Shown: piece after piece, positions 53,566 to 63,051 of the stretch
How positions within the stretch are numbered: the stretch's first letter is position 1
How the letters are laid out: each line of letters begins with the position of its first letter
From: a candidate division FCPU426 bacterium
Lineage (GTDB): Bacteria; Oederibacteriota; Muellerivitia; Muellerivitales; Muellerivitaceae
Assembly (NCBI GenBank): GCA_963771075.1
Contig: CAVYSE010000009.1
Location: forward strand, 64,001 to 128,000
Reading direction: 5' to 3'
Length of the DNA stretch: 64,000 nt
Notes under the pieces: model-generated
What the model saw: only the letters and a program-made list of their open reading frames with translations
What the model was told of the DNA's origin: nothing
The model's database searches: none
Position numbers and translations under genes: made by a program

Positions 53566-54678
53566 CTAGCTGGACTCGCAAGCTTCAGCTCTTACCTGTC
53601 TTAAAGCTGAAAAGATGGCAGATGAAGGCAAGTTTTTCTGAATGCTAACAAGCCCTATTTTCCTTGTCAATATAAATTGGGGTTTTCCCCCTTTGGTTTT
53701 CTTATCAAGAGCCATTTTCTCATACACGCTATGCAGGTCAAATGGCGTGAGCTTGCGCAAGAGTACCGCTCGCCGTAAAAGCGACTCTTGTCGATCCATT
53801 GTATCTTTATCGCATAAACCCAGCCGATTAGCTAATAAGGCAGCGAACCGCATTCCGACAGCAATCGCCTCCCCGTGGGTGATTTTTCCAAACTCGTAGA
53901 AGGCCTCTAATGCATGCCCCAAAGTATGCCCATAATTAAGCCAAGCTCGATTGCCCTTTTCCTTTTCGTCCTTGGAAACAATCGCAGCCTTTATCTCGGC
54001 GGACCGGGTGATGGAGTGTAGGAGGGAAGCGGGTTCCAAACGCAGAATCGCATCAAGTTTTTTTTCCAAATAATTGAAAAAACGGGCATCGTAAATAATT
54101 CCATATTTAATAATTTCTGCCAATCCCGTTCTAATATTTCTTTCATCCAAAGTGGAAAGAAGACCCGGATCAATCAATACACCCTTAGGTTGGTAAAAAC
54201 TTCCAATCAAGTTTTTGATTCCCCCAAAGTCTATTGCTGTTTTGCCTCCAATACTGGCGTCCACTTGGGAAAGAAGGGTTGTTGGAACATGCAGCAAGGA
54301 AATACCGCGCATATAAATGGATGCCGCGAACCCTCCCAAATCACCTACTACTCCCCCACCCAGAGTTAAAAGGCAGGCGTCCCGTTGAAACTTCAATTTT
54401 CGAAGCTGATCCAGAATGGCAAATAAGGAAACTTTGTTTTTATGAATTTCTCCGTTTGGGATTGAAAATAAATAGGTTGAAAGATGTTGATTCCCGAACT
54501 CTTTCAACAAAGCATTACCATACAATTTTTCAACACGTCTGTCAGTCAAGATCAAGACTTTCGAAGGATTAATATTTCGACGAATCCAGAATGAAGAAGA
54601 ATGGAACAATCCTTTCTGGATTAAAATGGTATATTGTTGAGTCGGGGTCGATAATTTGATGGTTTTTCCGTCTTTCAT
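53566..54678 (-). CDS. aroB: 3-dehydroquinate synthase
   Basis: LGGGVVGDLGGF, PTTLLSQVDASIGGKT, KNLIG, LNYGHTLGHALE and HGEAIA motifs. Confidence 0.98.
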   Translation of the reverse strand: MKDGKTIKLSTPTQQYTILIQKGLFHSSSFWIRRNINPSKVLILTDRRVEKLYGNALLKEFGNQHLSTYLFSIPNGEIHKNKVSLFAILDQLRKLKFQRDACLLTLGGGVVGDLGGFAASIYMRGISLLHVPTTLLSQVDASIGGKTAIDFGGIKNLIGSFYQPKGVLIDPGLLSTLDERNIRTGLAEIIKYGIIYDARFFNYLEKKLDAILRLEPASLLHSITRSAEIKAAIVSKDEKEKGNRAWLNYGHTLGHALEAFYEFGKITHGEAIAVGMRFAALLANRLGLCDKDTMDRQESLLRRAVLLRKLTPFDLHSVYEKMALDKKTKGGKPQFILTRKIGLVSIQKNLPSSAIFSALRQVRAEACESS

Positions 54679-55367
54679 TTTTTAACCTTGCCTTTATTCC
54701 TATGCCGATGAAGCCAAATTATAACCACTGTACAATAGATGAGCAGAAGTTCTCCTCCGACTACCCAAGGAAAGTTCTCTTTACCCACCACTGAGGGGCT
54801 TGAAATACAAAATAAAATTGCACAAATACCGATCAATCCTGCGATACCTATCGACCTCTTCCGCTCAGAACTCCATTCCGATCCAGTCAAAGAATTATCT
54901 ACCTTGGGAGATAAATTTGCGAACTCTCTTGTGAGTCGAATGATTTGAAGTGCCTTTTCATCTATTTCTTTAATAGCGGGCTCGCTCATCTCTAAATGAC
55001 CCCGATAAAATGCTTCCAGCTTATCCATTGTTCCTGAGAATTGATGAAGTTGAAGACGGCATTCATGACCGCGCATCCAAAACCAATCCCTCTGAAGAAC
55101 AGCCAATAATTCCGTATCTACCGATTCCCATTTGGAATCATCAGGTTCACGATTGAAAAGGACAAACTGTAATAAGGCTTTCTTTTGAGCAACTTCAAGA
55201 TTGTCAGGGGAGAGTCGAATATATTTATTTAAAAACTCCATTTGTTGAGTAATATTCCCGTTTTTCCCTTGTATTTCAGCGCCTTCTAATAGCGCCTCGA
55301 GTTCCGAAAGACCACAAGAGGAGCAGTGGTCGGCAAATTTATCATGACGACAATGAGGGCAGATCAA
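54675..55367 (-). CDS. Hypothetical protein: N-terminal CxxC...CxxC zinc ribbon, helical middle, two C-terminal TM segments
   Basis: CPHC..CSSC motif; overlaps both aroK and aroB. Confidence 0.65.
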   Translation of the reverse strand: MICPHCRHDKFADHCSSCGLSELEALLEGAEIQGKNGNITQQMEFLNKYIRLSPDNLEVAQKKALLQFVLFNREPDDSKWESVDTELLAVLQRDWFWMRGHECRLQLHQFSGTMDKLEAFYRGHLEMSEPAIKEIDEKALQIIRLTREFANLSPKVDNSLTGSEWSSERKRSIGIAGLIGICAILFCISSPSVVGKENFPWVVGGELLLIYCTVVIIWLHRHRNKGKVKK

Positions 55368-55893
55368 ACGGCTTTACCTTAGAAAAAGATTTCAATAATT
55401 CCATCGCCACTTCCTTTGGTGTTTTCTGATCGGTATCGATGGATTCATGGGCCAAAGCATAAAGAGCTTCTCTTTGTTGTAATAATCGCCTCATGTATTC
55501 CTTTGGATTTTCTTCTTTCGCCAAGAGGGGTCGTTTAAATAGATGGCTTTCCACTCTTTTATAACTCTGTTCAGGGGAAACTTTAAGCCAAACACACCAG
55601 CCTAATTTCAAAAACGCTTCCCTCATATTCGGGTTTAACCAAGCGCCACCGCCTAAAGATAAAACATGATAATTTCTTAGTCGAGCCCAGTCGAGCGCTT
55701 TCAATTCTTCATTCCGAAAATAACTCTCACCCATTGTTTCAAATATTTCGCTGACGGATTTATTGTTTTTCTCTTCGATCCAGTGGTCCATATCCCAATA
55801 ATGGAAGTGTATCAATTGGGCCAGTTCCCTTCCCGTCGTAGTCTTTCCCGAGCCCATAAAACCCAGAAGAATGATATTGGGAGAGAGTTTCAT
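55342..55893 (-). CDS. aroK: Shikimate kinase
   Basis: NIILLGFMGSGKTTTG, GESYFRNEE, SLGGG and RPLL motifs. Confidence 0.96.
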   Translation of the reverse strand: MKLSPNIILLGFMGSGKTTTGRELAQLIHFHYWDMDHWIEEKNNKSVSEIFETMGESYFRNEELKALDWARLRNYHVLSLGGGAWLNPNMREAFLKLGWCVWLKVSPEQSYKRVESHLFKRPLLAKEENPKEYMRRLLQQREALYALAHESIDTDQKTPKEVAMELLKSFSKVKPFDLPSLSS

Positions 55894-55898
55894 TTCTA

Positions 55899-57059
55899 TT
55901 AGTAATGTTGAAGATGCCGAAGATAAATTTTGTAACGGTCTTGGATTTCCGCCATAAAATCACCGCCCATTTTTTCTAAAAATGCATCGGCTAAAACCCA
56001 AGAAGTAATAGATTCACCAATCACCGAAGCCGCGGGCAATGCACAGGTGTCAGAACGTTCATAGGCGGCCTTCAATTCCTTTTTAGTGATTATATCGACG
56101 GAACGAAGGGCCTTACGAAGAGTAGATATGGGTTTTTTTGCCACCCGCATAATAATAGGTTCTCCATTCGATATACCACCTTCCAATCCACCCGCGCGAT
56201 TAGTCCGATGGTAAAAACCATGCTGTTTGCGATAGGCGATTTCATCGTGTACTTGCGACCCTCGTTTCCCCGAGTTTTCAAAACCATGTCCCACTTCCAC
56301 ACCTTTCACTGCTTGCAGACTCATCAGGGCTTGGGCCAATCGCCCGTCAAGTTTCCTGTCCCATTGAACATGACTACCCAAACCAACGGGAACACCCGTG
56401 GCAACCAATTCAAATACGCCTCCCAGGGTGTCCCCGTTATTTTGCGCCGCGTTAATTAACGCCACTGATTTTTTTGTTCCTGCGGGATCTAGCATTCGAA
56501 CCGGGGAAGCATCAGCTTTTTCATTTAATCGGCGATAATCCATTGGGTGAACATGGGAATAAACCGATCCCAATTGGATCACATGACTTTGAACAAGAAT
56601 TCCAAAGTTGGACAAAAATTGTTTGGCGACCGCGCCTGCAGCAACCCGAACGGTCGTCTCTCGAGCGCTGGCCCTTTCCAAGATATTACGAAGGTCACGT
56701 TGGTCATATTTCATGCCACCCGGAAGATCCGCGTGGCCAGGCCGGGGTCGGATTAGGGGATTACCTTTTTCGGAATCCTGAGGTTCCGGCGACATAATTT
56801 TTTCCCAATTGGAGTAATCCTTGTTCTTCACAAACAAGGTAATGGGAGACCCTAATGTCATTCCCTTTCGTATTCCGGAAATAATTTCAACTTGGTCCTT
56901 TTCGATAGCCATCCGGCCACCGCGACCATAACCTTGTTGCCGTCTTGCGAGTTCCTGGTTGATTCCATCCGAGCTAATTTTTAGGTTCGAGGGGAATCCC
57001 TCTAAAATAACAATTAAACCCTTACCATGGGACTCTCCAGCGGTTAAAAAACGAATCAT
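55899..57059 (-). CDS. aroC: Chorismate synthase
   Basis: TAGESHG, RPGHAD, ERASARET, NRAGGLEGGISNG, KPISTL and ERSD motifs. Confidence 0.98.
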   Translation of the reverse strand: MIRFLTAGESHGKGLIVILEGFPSNLKISSDGINQELARRQQGYGRGGRMAIEKDQVEIISGIRKGMTLGSPITLFVKNKDYSNWEKIMSPEPQDSEKGNPLIRPRPGHADLPGGMKYDQRDLRNILERASARETTVRVAAGAVAKQFLSNFGILVQSHVIQLGSVYSHVHPMDYRRLNEKADASPVRMLDPAGTKKSVALINAAQNNGDTLGGVFELVATGVPVGLGSHVQWDRKLDGRLAQALMSLQAVKGVEVGHGFENSGKRGSQVHDEIAYRKQHGFYHRTNRAGGLEGGISNGEPIIMRVAKKPISTLRKALRSVDIITKKELKAAYERSDTCALPAASVIGESITSWVLADAFLEKMGGDFMAEIQDRYKIYLRHLQHY

Positions 57060-57243
57060 GGAAACTCCAACAGAATTCTATTACGTAGATACCCACGGTC
57101 TAGCCCCGCGGCCCTAAAACCTAGGTTCAAGAAAATTTTGCTTTCCGCACCTTTGGAACGGTGGCTTTCATCCACGTCTAAACTCGTGGAACTCAAAGAT
57201 GGGTATTAGAATAAATTAAAAGAATGATCACTTAAGGTTGGGT

Positions 57244-59628
57244 TTAATCAGCCATGAGAGTAGGGGTGATGAAAATAACCAACTCCACCTTTTGTTTTGT
57301 ATAGGATTTTGATTGAAACAATCCCCCCAGAATTGGGATGCTCGATAAGAGCGGCACCCCCGAAACGCTATCTGTCATGGTTTCTCGCATTAATCCACCA
57401 ATAACAATGGTTTCACCGTTTTTCGTAGTAAGCGTACTGGTGGCTGTTTCAACGGAAGTTGGCGGAAGAGCGCCCGATCCCAACGCAGGACCCGTTTGAC
57501 TCGTAATGGACGCATTGATTTGTGAAGTAATACGTCCATCATCCGTGATTCGTGGTGTAACCTTTAGATCAATAGGCAAAGGCAAATTGGTATAAGTGGT
57601 CGTAAACTGAGCAGTTCCCCCTTGAACAACCGTTTCAGTCGTAGTGATGAGAACAACGTTTTCCACAACATTTATTTCCGCAGGAATCCCACTCCCCGTG
57701 GCGATTTTAGGTCTGGAGATAATCTTCCCCTTATTGTGGGTTTCCAGAGCAGACAAGGTCGCGTTGATATTTAAACCGCTGCGGATTGTGCCGAATTGAA
57801 AATTAGGCGGCGCTGCCCCAGCCGCAGGCAGACTGACCGCACCACTTAACGATGGATTGGCAGTCACATCTGTCGAACCAAGCGTCCATTGAACACCCAA
57901 ATCCAGATCGTTTTCACTGTCGACTTCCACTATATTCGACTCGATTAAGACCTGCGGGATTTTAACGTCAAATTCTTTGATGAGCTCCAGCAAAACTCCC
58001 ATATTACTGGCGACCTCCCAAATCACGAGACTTTGGGTCCGTGCGTCAATCTGAACCTTTCCAACGGGGGATAAATAGGGTGTCAGGATCGCTGCGGCAC
58101 TGGCAGGATCTGAATAATTCAAACGCACCATCTTGGTAATTCGATCGCTGGTCGTTCCCTCGTCCAGTTTTAAATCCTGTATGGTTTTTTTGTAGTCCTC
58201 AATATCAGCAACAGTGCCATTCAGTATTAAAACATTTCGAACAGTATCAGGCGTTGTTTTCAAATCATTGGTCGGCGATAAAATGGAACGAACCAAGGTA
58301 TCAAATTGCGCGGGAGTCATTCCCCCCGAAGGACTTAATATCTCGGTAACATGGGGTAAAATGTCCTTTTGCGACTTGATGCTGGCTTGTGCCCCAATAC
58401 GGATAGTGTTTCCTTGGACATCATAAGCGTAAGATCCTGGAGCCAGCAGAAGCGCAAGCGCAGTTTTGAGTGGAACATCCTTGAATTTCTCATTTACTAC
58501 GCCCGCTAAGCTTCCACCCAAGAAGTCGACATCAAATCCGGCCTCGCTGACCAAAGTTCTCAAAACAACGTTTAAATCTGCGTTTTCTATGTCCAGGGAT
58601 ACTAACTGATTAAGGTTTCCTCTTTTTTCGGTAGCCTTGGCTATTGGTTGAGGCGCCGATAAGGAAATCACCACTTGATTTAAATTCCTATCCACTTCAT
58701 AAACTGTTCCAGGCAATAGGGTTAGGAGAGCTTCTGAAATCGGAGAAAACCCCGGCCCTAGTTGACGCATTTCCCAAGAAACAAGCCCGCCTTTCTTTAA
58801 TTCAGAATCATCGTTTTTATATTTTTTGTCTTTCTCATTTACCTCGAGTCGAGTGTTTAAAAAGTGAATGATCAGCTTTTCAGGTTGGGACAATTTTCGA
58901 ACGACATATTTGGAGGGACCATCCGACGTCATAATAAATTTGATGCCGTTTTCAAAAGGTTTCACCGTGGCTTCAATTAACCGGGCAGAATTTTTCGAAT
59001 CAGAACTTAAGGCTTCCAAAGTCGAAGAAGAAGAAAGTGACGGTGTTATTGGTGTTGCAATTGTCGCCAATTTCTCAGTTTGTGCATTTTTTAAGGATGA
59101 AGTTGAGAAGTTGACTACGATATCATTTTTTTGTTTTGCCCAAGTCCAGTTCCCCAACCCATGGTTATCCAAGACAACCCAAGCGGTTCCGTTATGATCG
59201 GAAGAACGAATAGCGCTCAGGATGGAATTATCGGTCTTAATGGACTGCTTGATATTCAATCGGGTGTTAATTAATTTTATGATAATTTTTCCATCCGTGT
59301 TCCTTGAAATCTGAGGATCAGAAATATTGGAGCCCGAAAGTGTCAAGAGGAGATTTTGATCTTTCGGTGATAAAACAATCTTGGTTAATACTGCTTTTTC
59401 AGACTTAGTTGTGGCTTGGCTTTCAACCTTTTGTGCAGAAAGACTAGATAATGTCGTTTTGGTTTGTTCAGGAGTCGCGAGAGCCGTAGAGGAAAGAGGA
59501 GTAGGATTTTTAGTCCCCCCCAAATCAATATCGATTGAGTCACCCGCAAAGGATGCTTCAAAACCTGTCCCCGCGAATACAAAACCAATCAATATGGCCA
59601 GAAGAAAAGTTTTCAATTTAAGAAACAT
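57244..59628 (-). CDS. pilQ: Type IV pilus secretin PilQ
   Basis: AMIN-like N-terminal region, N0/N3 domains, PQVLIESNIVEV, KGKIISRP, GETIVIGGL, GVPLLSSIPILGGLF and ELVIFITP. Confidence 0.93.
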   Translation of the reverse strand: MFLKLKTFLLAILIGFVFAGTGFEASFAGDSIDIDLGGTKNPTPLSSTALATPEQTKTTLSSLSAQKVESQATTKSEKAVLTKIVLSPKDQNLLLTLSGSNISDPQISRNTDGKIIIKLINTRLNIKQSIKTDNSILSAIRSSDHNGTAWVVLDNHGLGNWTWAKQKNDIVVNFSTSSLKNAQTEKLATIATPITPSLSSSSTLEALSSDSKNSARLIEATVKPFENGIKFIMTSDGPSKYVVRKLSQPEKLIIHFLNTRLEVNEKDKKYKNDDSELKKGGLVSWEMRQLGPGFSPISEALLTLLPGTVYEVDRNLNQVVISLSAPQPIAKATEKRGNLNQLVSLDIENADLNVVLRTLVSEAGFDVDFLGGSLAGVVNEKFKDVPLKTALALLLAPGSYAYDVQGNTIRIGAQASIKSQKDILPHVTEILSPSGGMTPAQFDTLVRSILSPTNDLKTTPDTVRNVLILNGTVADIEDYKKTIQDLKLDEGTTSDRITKMVRLNYSDPASAAAILTPYLSPVGKVQIDARTQSLVIWEVASNMGVLLELIKEFDVKIPQVLIESNIVEVDSENDLDLGVQWTLGSTDVTANPSLSGAVSLPAAGAAPPNFQFGTIRSGLNINATLSALETHNKGKIISRPKIATGSGIPAEINVVENVVLITTTETVVQGGTAQFTTTYTNLPLPIDLKVTPRITDDGRITSQINASITSQTGPALGSGALPPTSVETATSTLTTKNGETIVIGGLMRETMTDSVSGVPLLSSIPILGGLFQSKSYTKQKVELVIFITPTLMAD

Positions 59629-59641
59629 GTTTGGTTCTCCT

Positions 59642-60064
59642 TTACCGCGGGTAGACGATTCTTTGATCTCCCTGACTCACCACTACCTTTTTGTCCAAAA
59701 CATCTCCGACTACACCATCTATCACCTTTCCGTTCCCATCAAACAGCATTCGATCTTTCAAGGTATACCGAACCGCAGGATTTCCCTTCCAAGTAAACAG
59801 GGCCATCCAAGAATCACCTAAACGGATAACACCGTGATAATCAAGTTCAGATAAAGTGACTTGGCTTGAGCGAGTTATGTTATTGAGTGGTTTAAAAGGA
59901 TCGCGTCCACGAAAAGTCGGAACATATGGGGCTTGAATTGAGAAATTAATAAACAAAGGCTCCGGAACATCTTGTTGTTGGGCCATTAAACGAGCCTTTG
60001 AAAAACACAACAACAAACAAAAAAGAATCTCTTTTCCCAATTTGAATTTATAGTAGGTTTTCAT
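59642..60064 (-). CDS. pilP: PilP-like pilus assembly protein
   Basis: Y....RDPFKP and LDYHGVI....ALF pattern; lies between pilO and pilQ. Confidence 0.7.
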   Translation of the reverse strand: MKTYYKFKLGKEILFCLLLCFSKARLMAQQQDVPEPLFINFSIQAPYVPTFRGRDPFKPLNNITRSSQVTLSELDYHGVIRLGDSWMALFTWKGNPAVRYTLKDRMLFDGNGKVIDGVVGDVLDKKVVVSQGDQRIVYPR

Positions 60065-60612
60065 GATTTCCCTTGAATTCCACAAACAGTTAATGTGGCC
60101 GTGAGGGTATAATTAGGTACAGTTGGATCAGAAAAAGGCACGAGTGCAAGATCCCTCACAGTTAATAATTGATTTGAAACACTTATTTGATACAGAAAAT
60201 CCAACAATCCTTTATAGCTCGTGTTAAACCGAACGGTGATCGGCACCTCCACCCAGGAATCCCGAGTGACATTTGAGGTCAAAAATTGAAAATTGGTAGT
60301 TACTAAATCCGAGTTTTTTTGTGCCAAATTCACATTTTCCATCAGCTTTATTTTATCGACCGCTTTCGGGATTCGGCTTTGAAGCCACTCCAATTCCCTT
60401 TGTACCGAATCTTCTCTTTTTTTGAACTCGACATATTTCGAAACGATCTTTTTAGCCTCATCCAAGTCTTTCTTCTTTTGGTCTAATGTGGATTGCAATT
60501 GGAGGATTTCAACATTAATAGGTTTTAGCATCAATTGATAATAACCAAACAAAATGATCAAAAAAGCTACTACGCCTAAAACTATCCACTGATAAAGACG
60601 AGTAAATTTCAT
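60061..60612 (-). CDS. pilO: Type IV pilus assembly protein PilO
   Basis: TM + coiled coil, RIP, EVPITV...SY..LLDFL motif. Confidence 0.87.
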   Translation of the reverse strand: MKFTRLYQWIVLGVVAFLIILFGYYQLMLKPINVEILQLQSTLDQKKKDLDEAKKIVSKYVEFKKREDSVQRELEWLQSRIPKAVDKIKLMENVNLAQKNSDLVTTNFQFLTSNVTRDSWVEVPITVRFNTSYKGLLDFLYQISVSNQLLTVRDLALVPFSDPTVPNYTLTATLTVCGIQGKS

Positions 60613-61175
60613 GATGGATTATCCGCCAGTTTGGTAATGATTTGAAACTGATGAATGGAACGATTCAAGCCGGCCACAGCATTAATGGACAAAAGATCTA
60701 AAGTAGAATCCTTGAAAGAACTACCCGGTTTCTGAAAGGCGTTGAAAAATTCCTCAAGGCTTGAATTACTAAAGGCATACCCTTTGAGAGTAAAAACATT
60801 GTCGTCTTTATCTTTTCCTTGGGTTACGCCCGTAAGCCATATTCCATCGGGTAATTTTGAGCCTATCAAGTCTAAGGCAGAAATCGCTTTTCGTTGGGAA
60901 TCCGTAATCGTTTTGAGGGTTTTTCGTATCCCATCCAAACTCGCTTCCTTAGTCTGAAGGTCTTTGACTTCCTTTATTTTTTCCTCATAACTTTTTGATT
61001 CCTCGTCTACTTGTTGAATCTTAATTTTCAAGTCCGCTTTCGCTTGCAATCGCAAACCATAAAACCAAATCATTCCGAGAACCAATAAAACCAATCCCGC
61101 CACGACACAAGCAATGATGAATAATTCTTGCCTTTTTTTCTTTTCTTTAACAGGTATTAAATTAATTCGAATCAT
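60609..61175 (-). CDS. pilN: Type IV pilus assembly protein PilN
   Basis: MIRINLIP, LPDGIWLT and LKGYA motifs. Confidence 0.92.
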   Translation of the reverse strand: MIRINLIPVKEKKKRQELFIIACVVAGLVLLVLGMIWFYGLRLQAKADLKIKIQQVDEESKSYEEKIKEVKDLQTKEASLDGIRKTLKTITDSQRKAISALDLIGSKLPDGIWLTGVTQGKDKDDNVFTLKGYAFSNSSLEEFFNAFQKPGSSFKDSTLDLLSINAVAGLNRSIHQFQIITKLADNPS

Positions 61176-62276
61176 TTAAGATTCCATTTGCCGAAGGGCC
61201 AAACCCAAACAAACCCCTAATTGAAAATCTTTTTCTGCGAGTTGTTCCGAATCGATGTTTTTTCCAACTTCTATATTCCTAAAAGGAGCAAAATGTTCAA
61301 CCGGAATCCCAAGTTTACTGGCTAAAAACCGATTCACATTCTTTAATTTCGCACTTCCACCCAATAAAACAACCCGTTCAACATTCTTTTTGCGCGATTG
61401 GGTTTCGTAATAATCAAAAGATCTTCTTATTTCACTCAATAGTTTGTTCAAAACAGGTGTCATAACATCAGACATCCTCAGAATCCTGTCATCTTTTTGT
61501 GCCGCACTTGAAAGGCTGAAATCATCTTCTTCCATGGATATCATCCCACTGGATCTTTTTAGCTCTTCCGCCTCAGAAAATTGAATATTGAATTCTTTCT
61601 GAATTTCTTTGGTGAAATCATTACCCGCAACCGGGATATCCCTGGTGAACCGGGTGTTGTTGCTTTCCAATATATTTATTGTTGTCAAGGATGCGCCCAT
61701 ATTGATCAAAGCAACCGTTTCATCATTGGTTTCCGCTCGATTCACTTCGTAGGCATTTTCGAGGGCAAAAGCGTCCACATCGATAACGGCAGGTACTAAT
61801 CCCGCTTGTTTTAAAAGGGTTAAATGTTGGTCCACTACATCGACTTTGGCGGCCACAAGCAAAACATCTAATTTTCTTTGTCCATCCTCTTGGATTTCAC
61901 CAAGAATTTGAAAGTCCAGCACCACCTGGTCTAAGTTCAAGGGAATATACTGCTCAGCCTCCCTGGGTATCGCTCCCTTCAATTCGTCCGCCGTCATAAA
62001 AGGAAGCTTAACGTATCGGATGATGACCGAGTCTCCCGAAAGCGATGTCACCACTCTTTTAGTTTTTATGCCGTTTTCTTTAAATAATTTTTTTATTACA
62101 TCGACTAAACCAGGTTTAGCCGATCCTTGAGCGTTTGATTCCTGGGCATCTTTTGGTATTTCTTGTATGCCCAAGGTGACTAAATGCCATTGATTCCCAT
62201 TTTTCTTTAAATGAATAGCCTTGACACTAGAAGTGCCAATATCAAGGCCTACTATGGATTTTGAAAACAAACTCAT
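61176..62276 (-). CDS. pilM: Type IV pilus assembly protein PilM
   Basis: VGLDIGTSSVK, EAEQYIP, VLLVAA, IDVDAFAL, EIRRSFDYY, LGG.A and GLALR motifs. Confidence 0.96.
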   Translation of the reverse strand: MSLFSKSIVGLDIGTSSVKAIHLKKNGNQWHLVTLGIQEIPKDAQESNAQGSAKPGLVDVIKKLFKENGIKTKRVVTSLSGDSVIIRYVKLPFMTADELKGAIPREAEQYIPLNLDQVVLDFQILGEIQEDGQRKLDVLLVAAKVDVVDQHLTLLKQAGLVPAVIDVDAFALENAYEVNRAETNDETVALINMGASLTTINILESNNTRFTRDIPVAGNDFTKEIQKEFNIQFSEAEELKRSSGMISMEEDDFSLSSAAQKDDRILRMSDVMTPVLNKLLSEIRRSFDYYETQSRKKNVERVVLLGGSAKLKNVNRFLASKLGIPVEHFAPFRNIEVGKNIDSEQLAEKDFQLGVCLGLALRQMES

Positions 62277-62440
62277 TCGATGAACCCCATGGTTTTGTTT
62301 AAATAACTATTTTTATACAACAAAGCTATTATCTATTGGAGAATCAAGAACAGTAAAGAGGAGATAATGGAAACATCATCATAATAATGGAATATTGAGA
62401 ACATTTGTTGTTTAAAACGCAAAAAATAAGGGTAAAAAGC

Positions 62441-62473
62441 AAAAAAGGGCAGTGCAATTTGCACCGCCCTTTT
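62441..62473 (-). terminator. Intrinsic terminator after pilA
   Basis: AAAAGGGCGGTGCA-AATT-GCACTGCCCTTTTTT on the minus strand. Confidence 0.82.
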
Positions 62474-62496
62474 CTTGTTAATAAAGTTAAATAATC

Positions 62497-62952
62497 TTAT
62501 TCAAACCCATAGAAAGAATAGGGAATAGCCTTCGAATCTTGCACGGTACTGTTCACATAAACAATACCGTTCGTGCTGTCATACAACCAGCCTGAAGTGG
62601 CGCCTGTTGGTGCTTGGGATTGCGCCGTAAGGGAAACTAGGTTTCCTTGCGGGTTAGTCGAGTTGGACACAAAAGCCCCCGTCACCTTCACCGGAGCTAA
62701 GGTCCCCATGTACTTACTGAAAGAGTAAGTACTGAAGGAATTAAGCGTCGATGGCCAAATTCCTTGTTGGTCCCCGTAGTAAATCGATGCGGCGGATTTC
62801 AAGCTTCCCAAGTTGCCCTTCGTGGCGCCTTCACGCGATTTCTCAAGCATCTGCGCGAATTTGGGAATAGCAATCGCCGCCAATATTCCAATGATCGCGA
62901 CAACAATCATCAGTTCAATTAGCGTAAATCCTTTAGTCTTTAAACGAATCAT
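62497..62952 (-). CDS. pilA: Type IVa major pilin
   Basis: KG|FTLIELMIVVAIIGILAAIAIPKF prepilin cleavage motif. AGGAGG SD, own promoter and terminator. Confidence 0.93.
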   Translation of the reverse strand: MIRLKTKGFTLIELMIVVAIIGILAAIAIPKFAQMLEKSREGATKGNLGSLKSAASIYYGDQQGIWPSTLNSFSTYSFSKYMGTLAPVKVTGAFVSNSTNPQGNLVSLTAQSQAPTGATSGWLYDSTNGIVYVNSTVQDSKAIPYSFYGFE

Positions 62953-63011
62953 CTTAATCCTCCTAAGTATCTACGAAAGCCCTTTGACCCAACACAAGGC
63001 TTTCTATTTAA

Positions 63012-63040
63012 ATTTTATCGTTTTTGGATAATTTTGTCAA
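63012..63040 (-). promoter_or_regulatory. Sigma70-type promoter of pilA
   Basis: TTGACA-17 nt-TAAAAT. Confidence 0.75.
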
Positions 63041-63051
63041 ACAACCAAGTA

